Shown here: piece after piece, positions 26,377-35,274 of the stretch | How positions within the stretch are numbered: position 1 is the stretch's first letter | Layout of the letters: every line of letters starts with the position of its first letter | Virus record (IMG/VR): IMGVR_UViG_3300047160_036265 | Direction: 5' to 3' (one strand) | DNA from: a virus | DNA length: 55,242 nucleotides | Translations under genes and position numbers: made by a program | Notes under the pieces: model-generated | What the model saw: the letters and a program-made list of their open reading frames with translations, nothing else | Database searches by the model: none | Told to the model about the DNA's origin: nothing

Positions 26377-27237
26377 TGCGGCTCTCACTCGTGTGGCGTC
26401 GGCCTTTCCTCCTAGCTCTCTTAAAACCGGGCCGATGAGCGAGTTGAGAGCCTGCTTTTTACCCTTCTTGTAGTCTTCAACCACCTTGGGTGATGCCGCC
26501 AGGTACTTCGCCACGGTGGTCGCAACTACGTCCTCCTGGGCAACACTAAGGATGTCCAACGCAAAGATTGCTGTCAAGGCATCAACGCCGTCCCAGCAAT
26601 AAGGAAACACATCCTTTACCTGCTTGGCGGACAGCACCCCCTTCAGTCGCAGGAACAGCAAGCTAGTTATATCATCAGCCAGCCACGGCAGATAGTCCAG
26701 CACGTCGGCTAATGTGAATTTGGTCTGCTCCAGCTTGGCCTGCAACTCGTTAGTCAGGAAATTAAAAACGAGCTTGCACCAGTCGGTCCACTCGGAAGGT
26801 GGCGCAGGCGGCGGTTTGTACCGGGGCATGTAGCCTTCATTCGGTATTTCCACCCACTCAATATCAGGCCAGTTCCGCTTTTTCTTGAGGCGAAGCCACC
26901 TTTCCAAACTCCCCTGCCCCAACAACCGCCAGCTAAAGCGGCGACTTTGTGGGGGATGTTGAAGCGTTTGCCGCCCCTCAACCTTTTTGCGCTCCGGGGC
27001 TTGGAGATCGGGCACAGTGATAAACATATGCCAATCTGGCACGCTTGCCTCTGCTGGCTTTCCCTGCATCTCGTAATACGGGAACTTCATCAGCCAGTAG
27101 ACTGCCTGACCCAGCTTATCGGTGGACCGCTCCCAATATTCCCGCTCGGCCTCCAGCCAAAAAGAAACGCCGTCTCCCGGTGGGGAGCCGGCGTTTTGCC
27201 ATTTGAAGTAGGCCCGCAGCCTAATGTCGTCAAGCAT
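26350..27237 (-). CDS. DUF2934-like N-terminus fused to a GatB/YqeY-domain C-terminus (about 295 aa)
   Basis: N-terminal IRLRAYFKW...WLEAEREYW. C-terminal VAKYLAASPKVVEDYKKGKKQALNSLIGPVLRELGGKADATRVRAALEEQ resembles the GatB C-terminal/YqeY domain. ATG with GAGGAAGG Shine-Dalgarno. Confidence 0.55.
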   Translation of the reverse strand: MLDDIRLRAYFKWQNAGSPPGDGVSFWLEAEREYWERSTDKLGQAVYWLMKFPYYEMQGKPAEASVPDWHMFITVPDLQAPERKKVEGRQTLQHPPQSRRFSWRLLGQGSLERWLRLKKKRNWPDIEWVEIPNEGYMPRYKPPPAPPSEWTDWCKLVFNFLTNELQAKLEQTKFTLADVLDYLPWLADDITSLLFLRLKGVLSAKQVKDVFPYCWDGVDALTAIFALDILSVAQEDVVATTVAKYLAASPKVVEDYKKGKKQALNSLIGPVLRELGGKADATRVRAALEEQAAKL

Positions 27238-27430
27238 CGGCCTTCCTCGTAATTTCAAATTTCAGCGTGGTGAGATCATAGCCCCGTGCCTGAAGCTCTT
27301 GGCATTGCGCTTCGCTCAAGATGTCGGCCAGGAGCCGGCGATCTGGACCATTGGGGCCGTCGAATAGCAACTGCTTGCCCTTGTGGCGCTCGCCCCGCAG
27401 GTAGCCGTAATAGGCACGGAGCTTCTTCAC
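27230..27430 (-). CDS. hypothetical protein (66 aa)
   Basis: ATGA-coupled to the upstream gene. Confidence 0.45.
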   Translation of the reverse strand: MKKLRAYYGYLRGERHKGKQLLFDGPNGPDRRLLADILSEAQCQELQARGYDLTTLKFEITRKADA

Positions 27431-28422
27431 AGGATCACCAGGCCCCTTTCCAGGCTCACGATGACCTTCTTGACCGTGAAGGTGTGGCGGAACTCCTTCT
27501 TCTTGTGGCTGGTGCGCTCGACCTTATTCCAGCGGTCGCATACTTCCTGTGCGAAAGCTTCATTGTGGTACACCGCCAAGCCGCTATTGGAGTATCCAAT
27601 CTCCCCCTTCTCGTCCACCAGGCCAAAACCTGGAACCGGCAGGGACAGTTCAGAAAGCCTGTGGTAGAGAGTGCGTACCACCGGCCACAAGTCGATGAGG
27701 GCCTTCTCCCGGTTGGCGCAGTCCTGCACCCGCCGGTCCATGATGGGGTGGTCCGGGTCGCCCGTTCGCAAGTTAAAACAGGCCCAGGTGTAGGCGTTGG
27801 CGTAGGAGGCCAACGCTTCCAACACCTTATGAGGGTTGTCCAGGTCCACGGTATCGTGGTGCGTGCCCAGGCCGTAGCGCAGGTGCTTCTTGGTTTTCTC
27901 GTAGAGGGCCACCAGGCGACTCAGCGGGTGTTCCGGGGGGTATTGCTCGCAGCCGTGGCCCTTGACCAATTCGGCGGCTTCGGCCAGGTGATCGGAGGAA
28001 ATCTCGTGATCCTCCCGAATCACATCCATGAGAATATCACGGATGCGACTGATATTTGCACAGCAGATAGTCAGATATTCCCCCTCCTTGTTGAGCAGAT
28101 CGGCCCACTCCTCGGCGGTGAAGTCCAGCTTGAGGGAGGAAAGCTTCTTGGGCTGGTTGTGGTCGGCAGTGACGGTGACGCCTTTCTTGCGCCACTTCCA
28201 CTCGGTTTCCTCGCCTTCGTCATCCCGCTGGCGCAGCTTGATGAGCCGCTGAATGTTGGCCTCGCGTTCCTCGCCCTTGAGACGTTTCATATGGGGCGGG
28301 CCGTTGGCATAGGCCATGACCCCATTGATAAGCTCCTGGCGATAGTTCTCCGGGAGAACGCCATCACGCTTGAGTTTGCGGGCACACAACTCATCGGCCC
28401 AGGTATGGTCGCGCTGCTTCAT
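27427..28422 (-). CDS. hypothetical protein (331 aa)
   Basis: ATG with GAGGAA Shine-Dalgarno. ATGA-coupled. Confidence 0.55.
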   Translation of the reverse strand: MKQRDHTWADELCARKLKRDGVLPENYRQELINGVMAYANGPPHMKRLKGEEREANIQRLIKLRQRDDEGEETEWKWRKKGVTVTADHNQPKKLSSLKLDFTAEEWADLLNKEGEYLTICCANISRIRDILMDVIREDHEISSDHLAEAAELVKGHGCEQYPPEHPLSRLVALYEKTKKHLRYGLGTHHDTVDLDNPHKVLEALASYANAYTWACFNLRTGDPDHPIMDRRVQDCANREKALIDLWPVVRTLYHRLSELSLPVPGFGLVDEKGEIGYSNSGLAVYHNEAFAQEVCDRWNKVERTSHKKKEFRHTFTVKKVIVSLERGLVIL

Positions 28423-28664
28423 GGCAGTTCCTCGATGGTGATGCGGATGCGCTTTCCTTCGATCTGGCGGGCTTCCACATGCTGGCCCGTCTCGTCCCAG
28501 CTTTGGACACGGACGAACATGCCGGCCTGGGCGTCGGCGGGCGGGGGCGGCACTTCATCGTAGATGGTGGCGATAAGGGCCTTGCCCCCGTCCTCGGACT
28601 TGAAGGTTTTGTTGTCATCCGGGAAGTCGTGGGCGCAGATACCTTCAAAAACCTTCCTGAACAT
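28419..28664 (-). CDS. hypothetical protein (81 aa)
   Basis: Internal ATG (MFRKVFEG...) with AAAGGAG Shine-Dalgarno, directly after a terminator. Confidence 0.45.
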   Translation of the reverse strand: MFRKVFEGICAHDFPDDNKTFKSEDGGKALIATIYDEVPPPPADAQAGMFVRVQSWDETGQHVEARQIEGKRIRITIEELP

Positions 28665-28679
28665 GGCCAACTCCTTTGG

Positions 28680-28723
28680 AAAACAAAAAGGGCTGCCGGG
28701 CGGCAGAACCACACCGGCAGCCC
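28680..28723 (-). terminator. intrinsic terminator
   Basis: 10-bp stem GGGCTGCCGG/CCGGCAGCCC with a 14-nt loop, followed by TTTTTGTTTT on the minus strand. Downstream of the Mpa/ARC gene. Confidence 0.65.
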
Positions 28724-28750
28724 ATCGGGGGATGGTGCATCCAAGGACTG

Positions 28751-30424
28751 TCAGGCCGCAGTCGGGCGCAGCTTCTCGACCTTCACGCCGCACTTCTCGA
28801 TGCCCTTGGCATCCATGAAGTCTTCGATGTCGAAATCAGCGTTCTTGGCGATGTTGTGCAGATAGGTCGTCTGCACCGCAGCCCGGAAGTCATCGACACG
28901 GACGAAGGTGCCTTTGCCGGACTTCGAGGCCATGTCGCGCTTCATGGCGGCGGACGTGGCGATGTCAATGATGCCGGCGATCATGGCCCCGGTGAGGCAA
29001 TCGCCCAGCGTCAAGTAATGTTCCTTGCCGCCGCCGTCCACGAGCTTGTACAGCACGCGCTCCTGGGAGAAAATCTCGGCGGTAGTGTGGGCAGCGATCT
29101 CGGCCAAATCCGCCGGGCCGGTCGGAATGCCCCGCAGGTGAATGCGGAAATATTCAATGGCCGTGCGGGTCGTGGGCCGACCGATGCGCACCATGCGGTC
29201 GATCCGGCCTTCCCGAACCACGGCGGGGTCGATGCGCTGTTGCTGGTTGGTGGCGAGCATCACCATGACCTTGGAGGTTTCCAGGCCGTCCATTTCCGAC
29301 AGGAACATCGGAACGATGGTGTTCTCCACGTCGCTCGACTTGCCGGTGCCCCGTTTCGGCAGGATGGCATCGGCCTCGTCCACAAAGAGGAGGGCGGGGT
29401 ATCCGTGTTTGCCGTGGTGTTCACGGCCACGCTCGAACAACTCCCGGATCATCTGCTCCGACTGGCCGACCCACTTGCTCAGCAACTCCGGCCCCTTGAC
29501 GTAGATGAAGCCGGACTGCATCTGCGGCTTCTCGTGAATCTTGGCGATGCTGTTCGCCGCCGCCTTGGCGCAGAGGGTTTTGCCGCAGCCCGGAGGGCCA
29601 TACAACAGGACGCCCTTGGGCGGCTTCTTGTTGTAGTGCTTGTAGAGTTCCGGGAACTGGTAGGGCCGTTCGATAGCCTCCACCAACTGCTCCTTGGCCT
29701 CGCGCAACCCGGCGATTTCATCCCAGGTCGTCTGGGACTCCTCGACCAGATTGAAGCGGTCCTGGCCGTCGCGCTCCAACAGGCGGACCACCACGGTATC
29801 GGAGGGGTCCAGCACCACCCGGTCGCCCGGCTTGAGCGTTGTGTTGGGCAGGCCGTGCAAGACCTGGCGGGGCCGACCATCCACGTCCACTTCGGCGTGG
29901 TCCTTGTCGATGAGGCGGGCAACGGCGCAGATCGTACCACCGCCGCTCGTCTCGGACTTCTCGTGGATTTGATAGGTCTGCAAATCGACCTTCACCACGT
30001 CGGACGGGAAGAACTTCTTGCCCGGAACGCCGTGAACTTCGTAGCGCTGGCCGTTGAAGACGATCACGCAGTTGGTGCCGTCGTCCTTGCCCAGCAGTTT
30101 GACCTGAACCGGCGCGTCCTTCAGGCCGATGGAAAACTTCTGGATGGCTCCGTTCGGCAGGCCCAGGGTGACGTTGCCCTCCTTATCGACGCCCTTGGAA
30201 GCGATCTTGCCGTAGCGTGGGCGTTTCTCTTGCTTGCGCCACTCCCTGTCAATAATGAGCATCAAGTCGCCTTGCTCAAAGGCGTCCAACTTGAACTCGT
30301 TATTGGCGCTGACCACGGTGGCATAGACCAGCGGGGCAGACAGGAGGCGGGCGACGAAGCACTCGTACTCCAGAATGGTGCCTTTGGCCTCTTCCAGCAA
30401 CGCCATCAATTCTTCTTCGTTCAT
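28751..30424 (-). CDS. Mpa/ARC-type proteasome-associated AAA+ ATPase homologue (557 aa)
   Basis: PKGVLLYGPPGCGKTLCAKAAANSIAK, VKGPELLSKWVGQSE, RGTGKSSDVENTIVP and IDPAVVREGRID are near-identical to mycobacterial Mpa blocks. Coiled-coil plus OB-like N-terminus. The C-terminus ends ...LRPTAA and lacks the GQYL docking motif. Confidence 0.8.
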   Translation of the reverse strand: MNEEELMALLEEAKGTILEYECFVARLLSAPLVYATVVSANNEFKLDAFEQGDLMLIIDREWRKQEKRPRYGKIASKGVDKEGNVTLGLPNGAIQKFSIGLKDAPVQVKLLGKDDGTNCVIVFNGQRYEVHGVPGKKFFPSDVVKVDLQTYQIHEKSETSGGGTICAVARLIDKDHAEVDVDGRPRQVLHGLPNTTLKPGDRVVLDPSDTVVVRLLERDGQDRFNLVEESQTTWDEIAGLREAKEQLVEAIERPYQFPELYKHYNKKPPKGVLLYGPPGCGKTLCAKAAANSIAKIHEKPQMQSGFIYVKGPELLSKWVGQSEQMIRELFERGREHHGKHGYPALLFVDEADAILPKRGTGKSSDVENTIVPMFLSEMDGLETSKVMVMLATNQQQRIDPAVVREGRIDRMVRIGRPTTRTAIEYFRIHLRGIPTGPADLAEIAAHTTAEIFSQERVLYKLVDGGGKEHYLTLGDCLTGAMIAGIIDIATSAAMKRDMASKSGKGTFVRVDDFRAAVQTTYLHNIAKNADFDIEDFMDAKGIEKCGVKVEKLRPTAA

Positions 30425-30483
30425 GGAAAGTCCTCGCGTCCGTTCAGGGGTTAGGGGATGCCTCTCGTCCTGCTCGTTCCGGT

Positions 30484-31212
30484 TCAGTCAGCCTGGACCA
30501 GCACTTCGCCAGCCGAGTCAGCGAAAGTATAGCCGCTGCTGGGCGAGGCGATGGTGCCAAGCGGTGTCTTGGTGATACGGACGTTGTTGTTCTCGTCCAC
30601 CGTGTATTTGGCGAGGGGCTTGCCGCCCCCGCTGGTGGGCTTCTGGACCGCCAGGGTCTTGCCGTCCTTGGTCCAGACGAACACGGTGTCCTTGGGCTTG
30701 AAGCCACAGGCCCGCAGATGCTTGGCCGGGATGCAGACCGTGCCACGGGCGTCGGGCTTGCGGCAGCCATTCGGCTTGCCCGTCCCGACCGCCAGTTGCG
30801 GCAGGCTGGAGGGCGGGGCCAGGCTGGCGCTGCTGGTGCCGTCGTCATCGTCCACGTTGGGGTCGGCCTTCCCCTGGGCGTAGAAGCTCCCCACGGCCTT
30901 GCCAACCGCCGCCGGGTTCGACACGGCGGGTCTGGGCTGCGAGGGGTTGTAACTCGTCGGATCGTCGGTGTAGCGGTGGTACAAGAAGGCCGGAACCGGC
31001 GCACCCTGAATCGGGATCAAGGTGCGGGTATAATCCGACCCCATGAGGCCACGACCATAGTAGTCATGGACCACCTGCTTCATGTTGTTGTGCCGCTCCC
31101 GGTGGCCCCGGTTGCGGACTTCCTTGGTCACGTCGTAGGCCGTGAACATCTCCCCGGCCTGAACCTTGTCGTTGACCACTGCTTCGATTACAGTCTGAAG
31201 GGCTGCGTCCAT
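30484..31212 (-). CDS. hypothetical protein with two AbrB/SpoVT-like swapped-hairpin segments (242 aa)
   Basis: RGTVCIPAKHLRACGFKPKDTVFVWTKDGKTLAV and a second, similar repeat. ATG with AAAGGAA Shine-Dalgarno, downstream of P7. Confidence 0.45.
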   Translation of the reverse strand: MDAALQTVIEAVVNDKVQAGEMFTAYDVTKEVRNRGHRERHNNMKQVVHDYYGRGLMGSDYTRTLIPIQGAPVPAFLYHRYTDDPTSYNPSQPRPAVSNPAAVGKAVGSFYAQGKADPNVDDDDGTSSASLAPPSSLPQLAVGTGKPNGCRKPDARGTVCIPAKHLRACGFKPKDTVFVWTKDGKTLAVQKPTSGGGKPLAKYTVDENNNVRITKTPLGTIASPSSGYTFADSAGEVLVQAD

Positions 31213-31241
31213 CGTTGTTCCTTTCCAGTCGTTGATGTTTC

Positions 31242-31270
31242 ACTGTACCGCCGCTGACCCCGGTTGTAAA
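31242..31270 (-). promoter_or_regulatory. promoter P7
   Basis: TTTACAACC + 17 nt + TACAGT. Confidence 0.55.
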
Positions 31271-31276
31271 GCACAT

Positions 31277-31570
31277 TTATTCGTCCAGGCTCCGGTATCT
31301 CGGAACCCCCTGGGGGTATTTCTCCTTTAGCTGCCGTTCAAATATCACCTGCTCAATGGCGTTCTGCACGTCCTGCCGCCACTCGCAATTACACTCCTCC
31401 GGGAAATGGATAGTGTGTAATATGCGAGAGCCATAAAATTCGCCACCATCGGCGTGTCGTTTGCACAAGTGCTGAACTGCCCAGAACAATATATCCTGGG
31501 CATCGTCAGTGGACCGGGCCGGTACATCATACGGCCCGGTCCACCGGAAGCTTTTCTCCATTGTCGCCAT
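31277..31570 (-). CDS. hypothetical protein (about 97 aa)
   Basis: Internal ATG (MATMEKSF...). No clear Shine-Dalgarno. Confidence 0.4.
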   Translation of the reverse strand: MATMEKSFRWTGPYDVPARSTDDAQDILFWAVQHLCKRHADGGEFYGSRILHTIHFPEECNCEWRQDVQNAIEQVIFERQLKEKYPQGVPRYRSLDE

Positions 31571-31599
31571 TTCATAGGCGACATAGCAGAAGCGCACGA

Positions 31600-33225
31600 T
31601 CACGCCGCAAATTCCACGAGGTAGCGAAGCTCGAACTGCTCCCGGCTGAAGATGATCCACTCGTTGTTCATGACCTGGGAGTGACCGCCCTTGCCGAAGA
31701 CGCAGTGATGCCCAGCCGGCGGCGAGGTATAACCCCGTGGGCCGGGGGCGACGTGCGGACGGCCCAGGGCCACGTCACCAGCGAACATGAAAGCTTCACG
31801 GCCCCGAACGGAACCACCGCCGGACGACCAGTAGCTTCCACGCAGGGACGTGTAGCCGGCGGACTTTTTCCAGTCGTCCGCCCAATACAATCCCGGCCCG
31901 AACATGGCCCCGGTGATGACCACGCCGACCAACTGGTGCGGCAGGCGCAGGTTTTCACGGAGGATGCCGGTGACGTTCACGGAACGGGTTCCGTGGAACA
32001 AGAGGCCGGTGTTGCTCTCCCGGAAGCGGCGGATGTCGTTGTTATCTTGCAAATCCGCCCGCTCGGCAGGCTGGAACAGGGGCCGCTCGTGAATCGTGGG
32101 CCGGCTGGCGACGATCTTTTCCTGGCTGCCGACCAGCTTGGCCCGGTCGCCGGTGCGCTCGACTCGCCACGCATTCTTGATGCGCATGGCACCGACGCCT
32201 CCGTGACGGTTGGCGGTGGCACGAGGCCACCAGCCATAGAGCCACTTGCCCAGGTCGGTCTTCGGGTCGATCCACTCCATCCACACCGGCATCCCGCCGA
32301 AGGGGTCGTGCTGGTGGGACACGTCATCGACGGCAGCGGCAACACCCAGAGCCGCCTCGAACGCATCCAGGTCGGCCTGCCACAGCAGAATATTGCTGGT
32401 ATTGAGAATCCACTCCTGGGGCGGGCAGTGGAGCCGCTTTTTCTTCGGGATGCGACCGTACATGAGCGCCGTCAGGTGGTTCAAGTCGGCATCGGCCACC
32501 TGATCGTCCACGTTGTCACCCACGACGATGAGGCGCTTCTGGGCTTCGGTGAGGAAGTCACGGGCCTCATCAATCGCCGCCTGAGTGGGGATCGAGTCGT
32601 CGGCCATGCTGCCACGGGTATATTGCACCGTGGCCACGTTCAGGTCACGCAGCAGAGAATGGGTCTGGCTGTCCACCGGACGGCCCGCCGCCTTGATGAC
32701 CTTCTTCTTGGCGCTCTTCTTGTCGTCGGGCTTATCATCCGGTTTGGAATCGGGCTTCTTGGGAGCGCCTTCGCTGTGTTTGATGGTACGGGCATCCGGC
32801 AGGCCGGTGCTACGGGTGGCCATGCTGCGGACGAGGTAGCAGTCCTTGCCGGCACGGGCACGCAACACCCGCTTGCTGGCGACCGTAACCCACTCGCCCC
32901 GCTTGTCGTTCTTGTCGTGCAACTGGCTGGCGAACTCCCGCTGGGCGTCCGACTCACTGGAGCAAACCACGAACTGGAAGTTGGGGTTCTTGGCCCCGGT
33001 GCGCCCCCACTCGAAGTACACAGCCCACTGGCCGCTCGTCTTATGCTTGACGATGGCCCCGTGGTAATACTTGTTGGAGTCCTTGCCGTCCTGCGTGAAG
33101 CAGCCCATGTCTGCGATCTTGCAGTTGTCGAAATCGCCGTCCGTAGTGGCGGGCGGGCCGAAGCACTGCCAGTCGTTCGGGCCGGACCCGTTAGGGTAGG
33201 TGTTCTTTTCGATCTTCGATCCCAT
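31600..33225 (-). CDS. PARP-like ADP-ribosyltransferase (WGR domain plus H-Y-E catalytic domain; about 541 aa)
   Basis: N-terminal WAVYFEWGRTG (WGR). C-terminal LLFHGTRSVNVTGIL, GPGLYWADDWKKSAGY and NEWIIFSREQFELRYLVEF, matching the PARP H-G-S/T, Y and catalytic-E blocks. ATG with GGAGA Shine-Dalgarno, downstream of P8. Confidence 0.8.
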   Translation of the reverse strand: MGSKIEKNTYPNGSGPNDWQCFGPPATTDGDFDNCKIADMGCFTQDGKDSNKYYHGAIVKHKTSGQWAVYFEWGRTGAKNPNFQFVVCSSESDAQREFASQLHDKNDKRGEWVTVASKRVLRARAGKDCYLVRSMATRSTGLPDARTIKHSEGAPKKPDSKPDDKPDDKKSAKKKVIKAAGRPVDSQTHSLLRDLNVATVQYTRGSMADDSIPTQAAIDEARDFLTEAQKRLIVVGDNVDDQVADADLNHLTALMYGRIPKKKRLHCPPQEWILNTSNILLWQADLDAFEAALGVAAAVDDVSHQHDPFGGMPVWMEWIDPKTDLGKWLYGWWPRATANRHGGVGAMRIKNAWRVERTGDRAKLVGSQEKIVASRPTIHERPLFQPAERADLQDNNDIRRFRESNTGLLFHGTRSVNVTGILRENLRLPHQLVGVVITGAMFGPGLYWADDWKKSAGYTSLRGSYWSSGGGSVRGREAFMFAGDVALGRPHVAPGPRGYTSPPAGHHCVFGKGGHSQVMNNEWIIFSREQFELRYLVEFAA

Positions 33226-33261
33226 GACTTTCTCCAAGGGGTGTTGAGGATTCTGGTTATG

Positions 33262-33290
33262 ATATTACATCGGCAACGGGCAGTTGTAAA
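33262..33290 (-). promoter_or_regulatory. promoter P8 (PARP-like gene)
   Basis: TTTACAACT + 17 nt + TAATAT. Confidence 0.6.
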
Positions 33291-33299
33291 TTAAGTTTC

Positions 33300-33809
33300 C
33301 TACCAGTCCCACAATTCGTCTATCGAGCGGTGGGCCGGTGGTTTTTCGACGTGGGGCAGCCGTCGCAGGATCGCCAGCAGGCAGTCGCCCACCGCCTTTT
33401 CAGTGGACTTGGAGGCGGCAACCGGATCGCCAGTGCCGTCGCCCGGATCGTCTTCGTCCCAAAAGCCCACGCCGGGATAACATTGGTATGGATCAGGGTT
33501 CAGGCACTCAGGCCGTTCGATATACCAACGCTGATCTTCGTCAGACCAGTAGGCGTGGAAATAACATCTGACATGACCCCGTTGGCTGTATTTGGATTTC
33601 CTGAAGGTCATATAAAGTCGGGGGCAATCATCGGGCCAATTTTCTTCCGGTCCCAAGCAGTAGTCCCGCTCCCCTAAATCCACGCTCACTGCCGCCCAGG
33701 GGTCATGGCCCTCCGCATGGTGGAAAATAACATCTGCGGAGATCAGTGTCTTCCCTACCAGAATGTCGTAGTGGCCCCGCTGGTGGTTGGTAATTGGTGG
33801 CAAAGTCAT
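33300..33809 (-). CDS. hypothetical protein (about 169 aa)
   Basis: Internal ATG (MTLPPITN...). ATGA-coupled. Confidence 0.5.
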   Translation of the reverse strand: MTLPPITNHQRGHYDILVGKTLISADVIFHHAEGHDPWAAVSVDLGERDYCLGPEENWPDDCPRLYMTFRKSKYSQRGHVRCYFHAYWSDEDQRWYIERPECLNPDPYQCYPGVGFWDEDDPGDGTGDPVAASKSTEKAVGDCLLAILRRLPHVEKPPAHRSIDELWDW

Positions 33810-34078
33810 TCTAAACCCGCCTTTTGACGCAGGTGACGCAGACAGTGGATGCACACGGGCCGCAGAAACTCGATCATCTTGTCGTAGCTGCCCAGCCGCT
33901 CCCGCCGTTTCTCGCACTGCGGGCAGATGTAGTCGAAGTCCACTTCCCGATCATCGTGGTTCTCGATGGGCAGCCATTCGGTGGTGTCGGGCCGCTCCAT
34001 GAGATGAATGCAGATGATGGCCCACGGTGCCCAGGTGTGGTCGCTGCATTGGATGAGGTTGGGAACCTTCTCACTCAT
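33806..34078 (-). CDS. zinc-binding protein (about 90 aa)
   Basis: Internal ATG (MSEKVPNL...) with AAGGAGGA Shine-Dalgarno. CPQC...CIHC motif. Confidence 0.5.
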   Translation of the reverse strand: MSEKVPNLIQCSDHTWAPWAIICIHLMERPDTTEWLPIENHDDREVDFDYICPQCEKRRERLGSYDKMIEFLRPVCIHCLRHLRQKAGLE

Positions 34079-34319
34079 CGGTTTCCTCCTTGGCTTCGGG
34101 CAACGTATGGCAGGGAACGCCTTCGGGCAGTTCCGTCTTGGTCTGGATTTTGAATCCGGTGAGGGTGATCTTGTTGAAGAATATCTCACCGCAATGGCCA
34201 CACTTGTGCGCCATCCAGCCCTGGTTGATATAAGCATCGCTCCAGGGATAGCCCCACCGACAATGGGGGCATTCGATGCGGAGCGGGATGCTCGTCAGCT
34301 TGTGGTTGGTCTTTTTCAT
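34071..34319 (-). CDS. zinc-ribbon protein (about 82 aa)
   Basis: Internal ATG (MKKTNHK...). CPHC...CGHC motif. ATGA-coupled. Confidence 0.5.
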   Translation of the reverse strand: MKKTNHKLTSIPLRIECPHCRWGYPWSDAYINQGWMAHKCGHCGEIFFNKITLTGFKIQTKTELPEGVPCHTLPEAKEETDE

Positions 34320-34471
34320 TTTCTCGAAAGTGCCAGGACAGCCAGAAGGATAAAAGCGATGCCAAGAAATCCAAACGCAAAACGCCAGCCCAGGGCCAGA
34401 CCTGTGAGGATGAAACCAGCAGCTAAGAGAAAGCATCCAACCTCATCGCCGTCATCGCGTTTGGAAGCCAT
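34316..34471 (-). CDS. small membrane protein (about 51 aa)
   Basis: Internal ATG (MASKRDD...) with GGAGAT Shine-Dalgarno. Two hydrophobic helices. Confidence 0.4.
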   Translation of the reverse strand: MASKRDDGDEVGCFLLAAGFILTGLALGWRFAFGFLGIAFILLAVLALSRK

Positions 34472-34472
34472 T

Positions 34473-34853
34473 TTATATCTCCAGGTCCACCCTTGCACGG
34501 TAGAGTCCGGCGGCTTTCCAGATGATCTTGTTGTTAGTATTGTCCAGTTCGTCGTTCATACCCTGACTCGGCGGCACATCAGGAAATTCATTCCACGCCT
34601 TCCTCGCCAGCTTTGCTGCTCTCTGTACGGCTTCCGGTATTTTGCTCAGGTCGTTCGTGTGGGCGTGATAGCACACCTTGTCGCATCGCTGGCCGTGCCA
34701 GTCCCAACGCTCGAACCAGATGGAATAGCCGAACCGGGGTCGTCGCTTAGTGCCCTCATCGCCCCAGCCCATGTAGGTGAGGCGGTCTTCACTGATCCAG
34801 CCCCTCTTGGTCATCGCCAGGCGTATTTTCATCGGGTCGGGTTTCTTCGGCAT
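34473..34853 (-). CDS. hypothetical protein (start uncertain; about 126 aa)
   Basis: Protein-like C-terminal two-thirds. Candidate ATGs at 34853, 34832 and 34772 all lack a good Shine-Dalgarno. Confidence 0.35.
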   Translation of the reverse strand: MPKKPDPMKIRLAMTKRGWISEDRLTYMGWGDEGTKRRPRFGYSIWFERWDWHGQRCDKVCYHAHTNDLSKIPEAVQRAAKLARKAWNEFPDVPPSQGMNDELDNTNNKIIWKAAGLYRARVDLEI

Positions 34854-35274
34854 GGTCGGGGTCCGTGGAAAATAAAAGCGGCCAGCACTCCCGACGACGC
34901 TTGCCGGTCTTACTGTGCTGGCGGTTGCATTCGGGGGCGGCTTCGTGAATGATCCGCATGGTGTCCCGGAACAGGCCCACCACACAGCAGCGGGCAAAGC
35001 TGTATATTTCAGGGGACAACCCCTCCTTGCCGCCCTCCAACTTCGCCAGTTTTTGGTCCCGCACCAGCGTAAGACAGTACATCAGCAAGGACGGGTCCGC
35101 CGCCAATTGCTTTCGCAGGCGGGGAATCACGTCCTTGCATTCAGCCCAGATTTTCATGACGAAGTGCGTAGTTCTGGCGTCCTTCGTCTCCATCAGGAGT
35201 TTGTTGAGGGTGACGTGGCTGGGACGGCTCCCGATAGTACCCACGTCAATATGTCGGCCCCGGCGAGTGGTCAT
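34789..35274 (-). CDS. hypothetical protein (161 aa)
   Basis: ATGA-coupled to the upstream 62-aa gene. Confidence 0.45.
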   Translation of the reverse strand: MTTRRGRHIDVGTIGSRPSHVTLNKLLMETKDARTTHFVMKIWAECKDVIPRLRKQLAADPSLLMYCLTLVRDQKLAKLEGGKEGLSPEIYSFARCCVVGLFRDTMRIIHEAAPECNRQHSKTGKRRRECWPLLFSTDPDHAEETRPDENTPGDDQEGLDQ

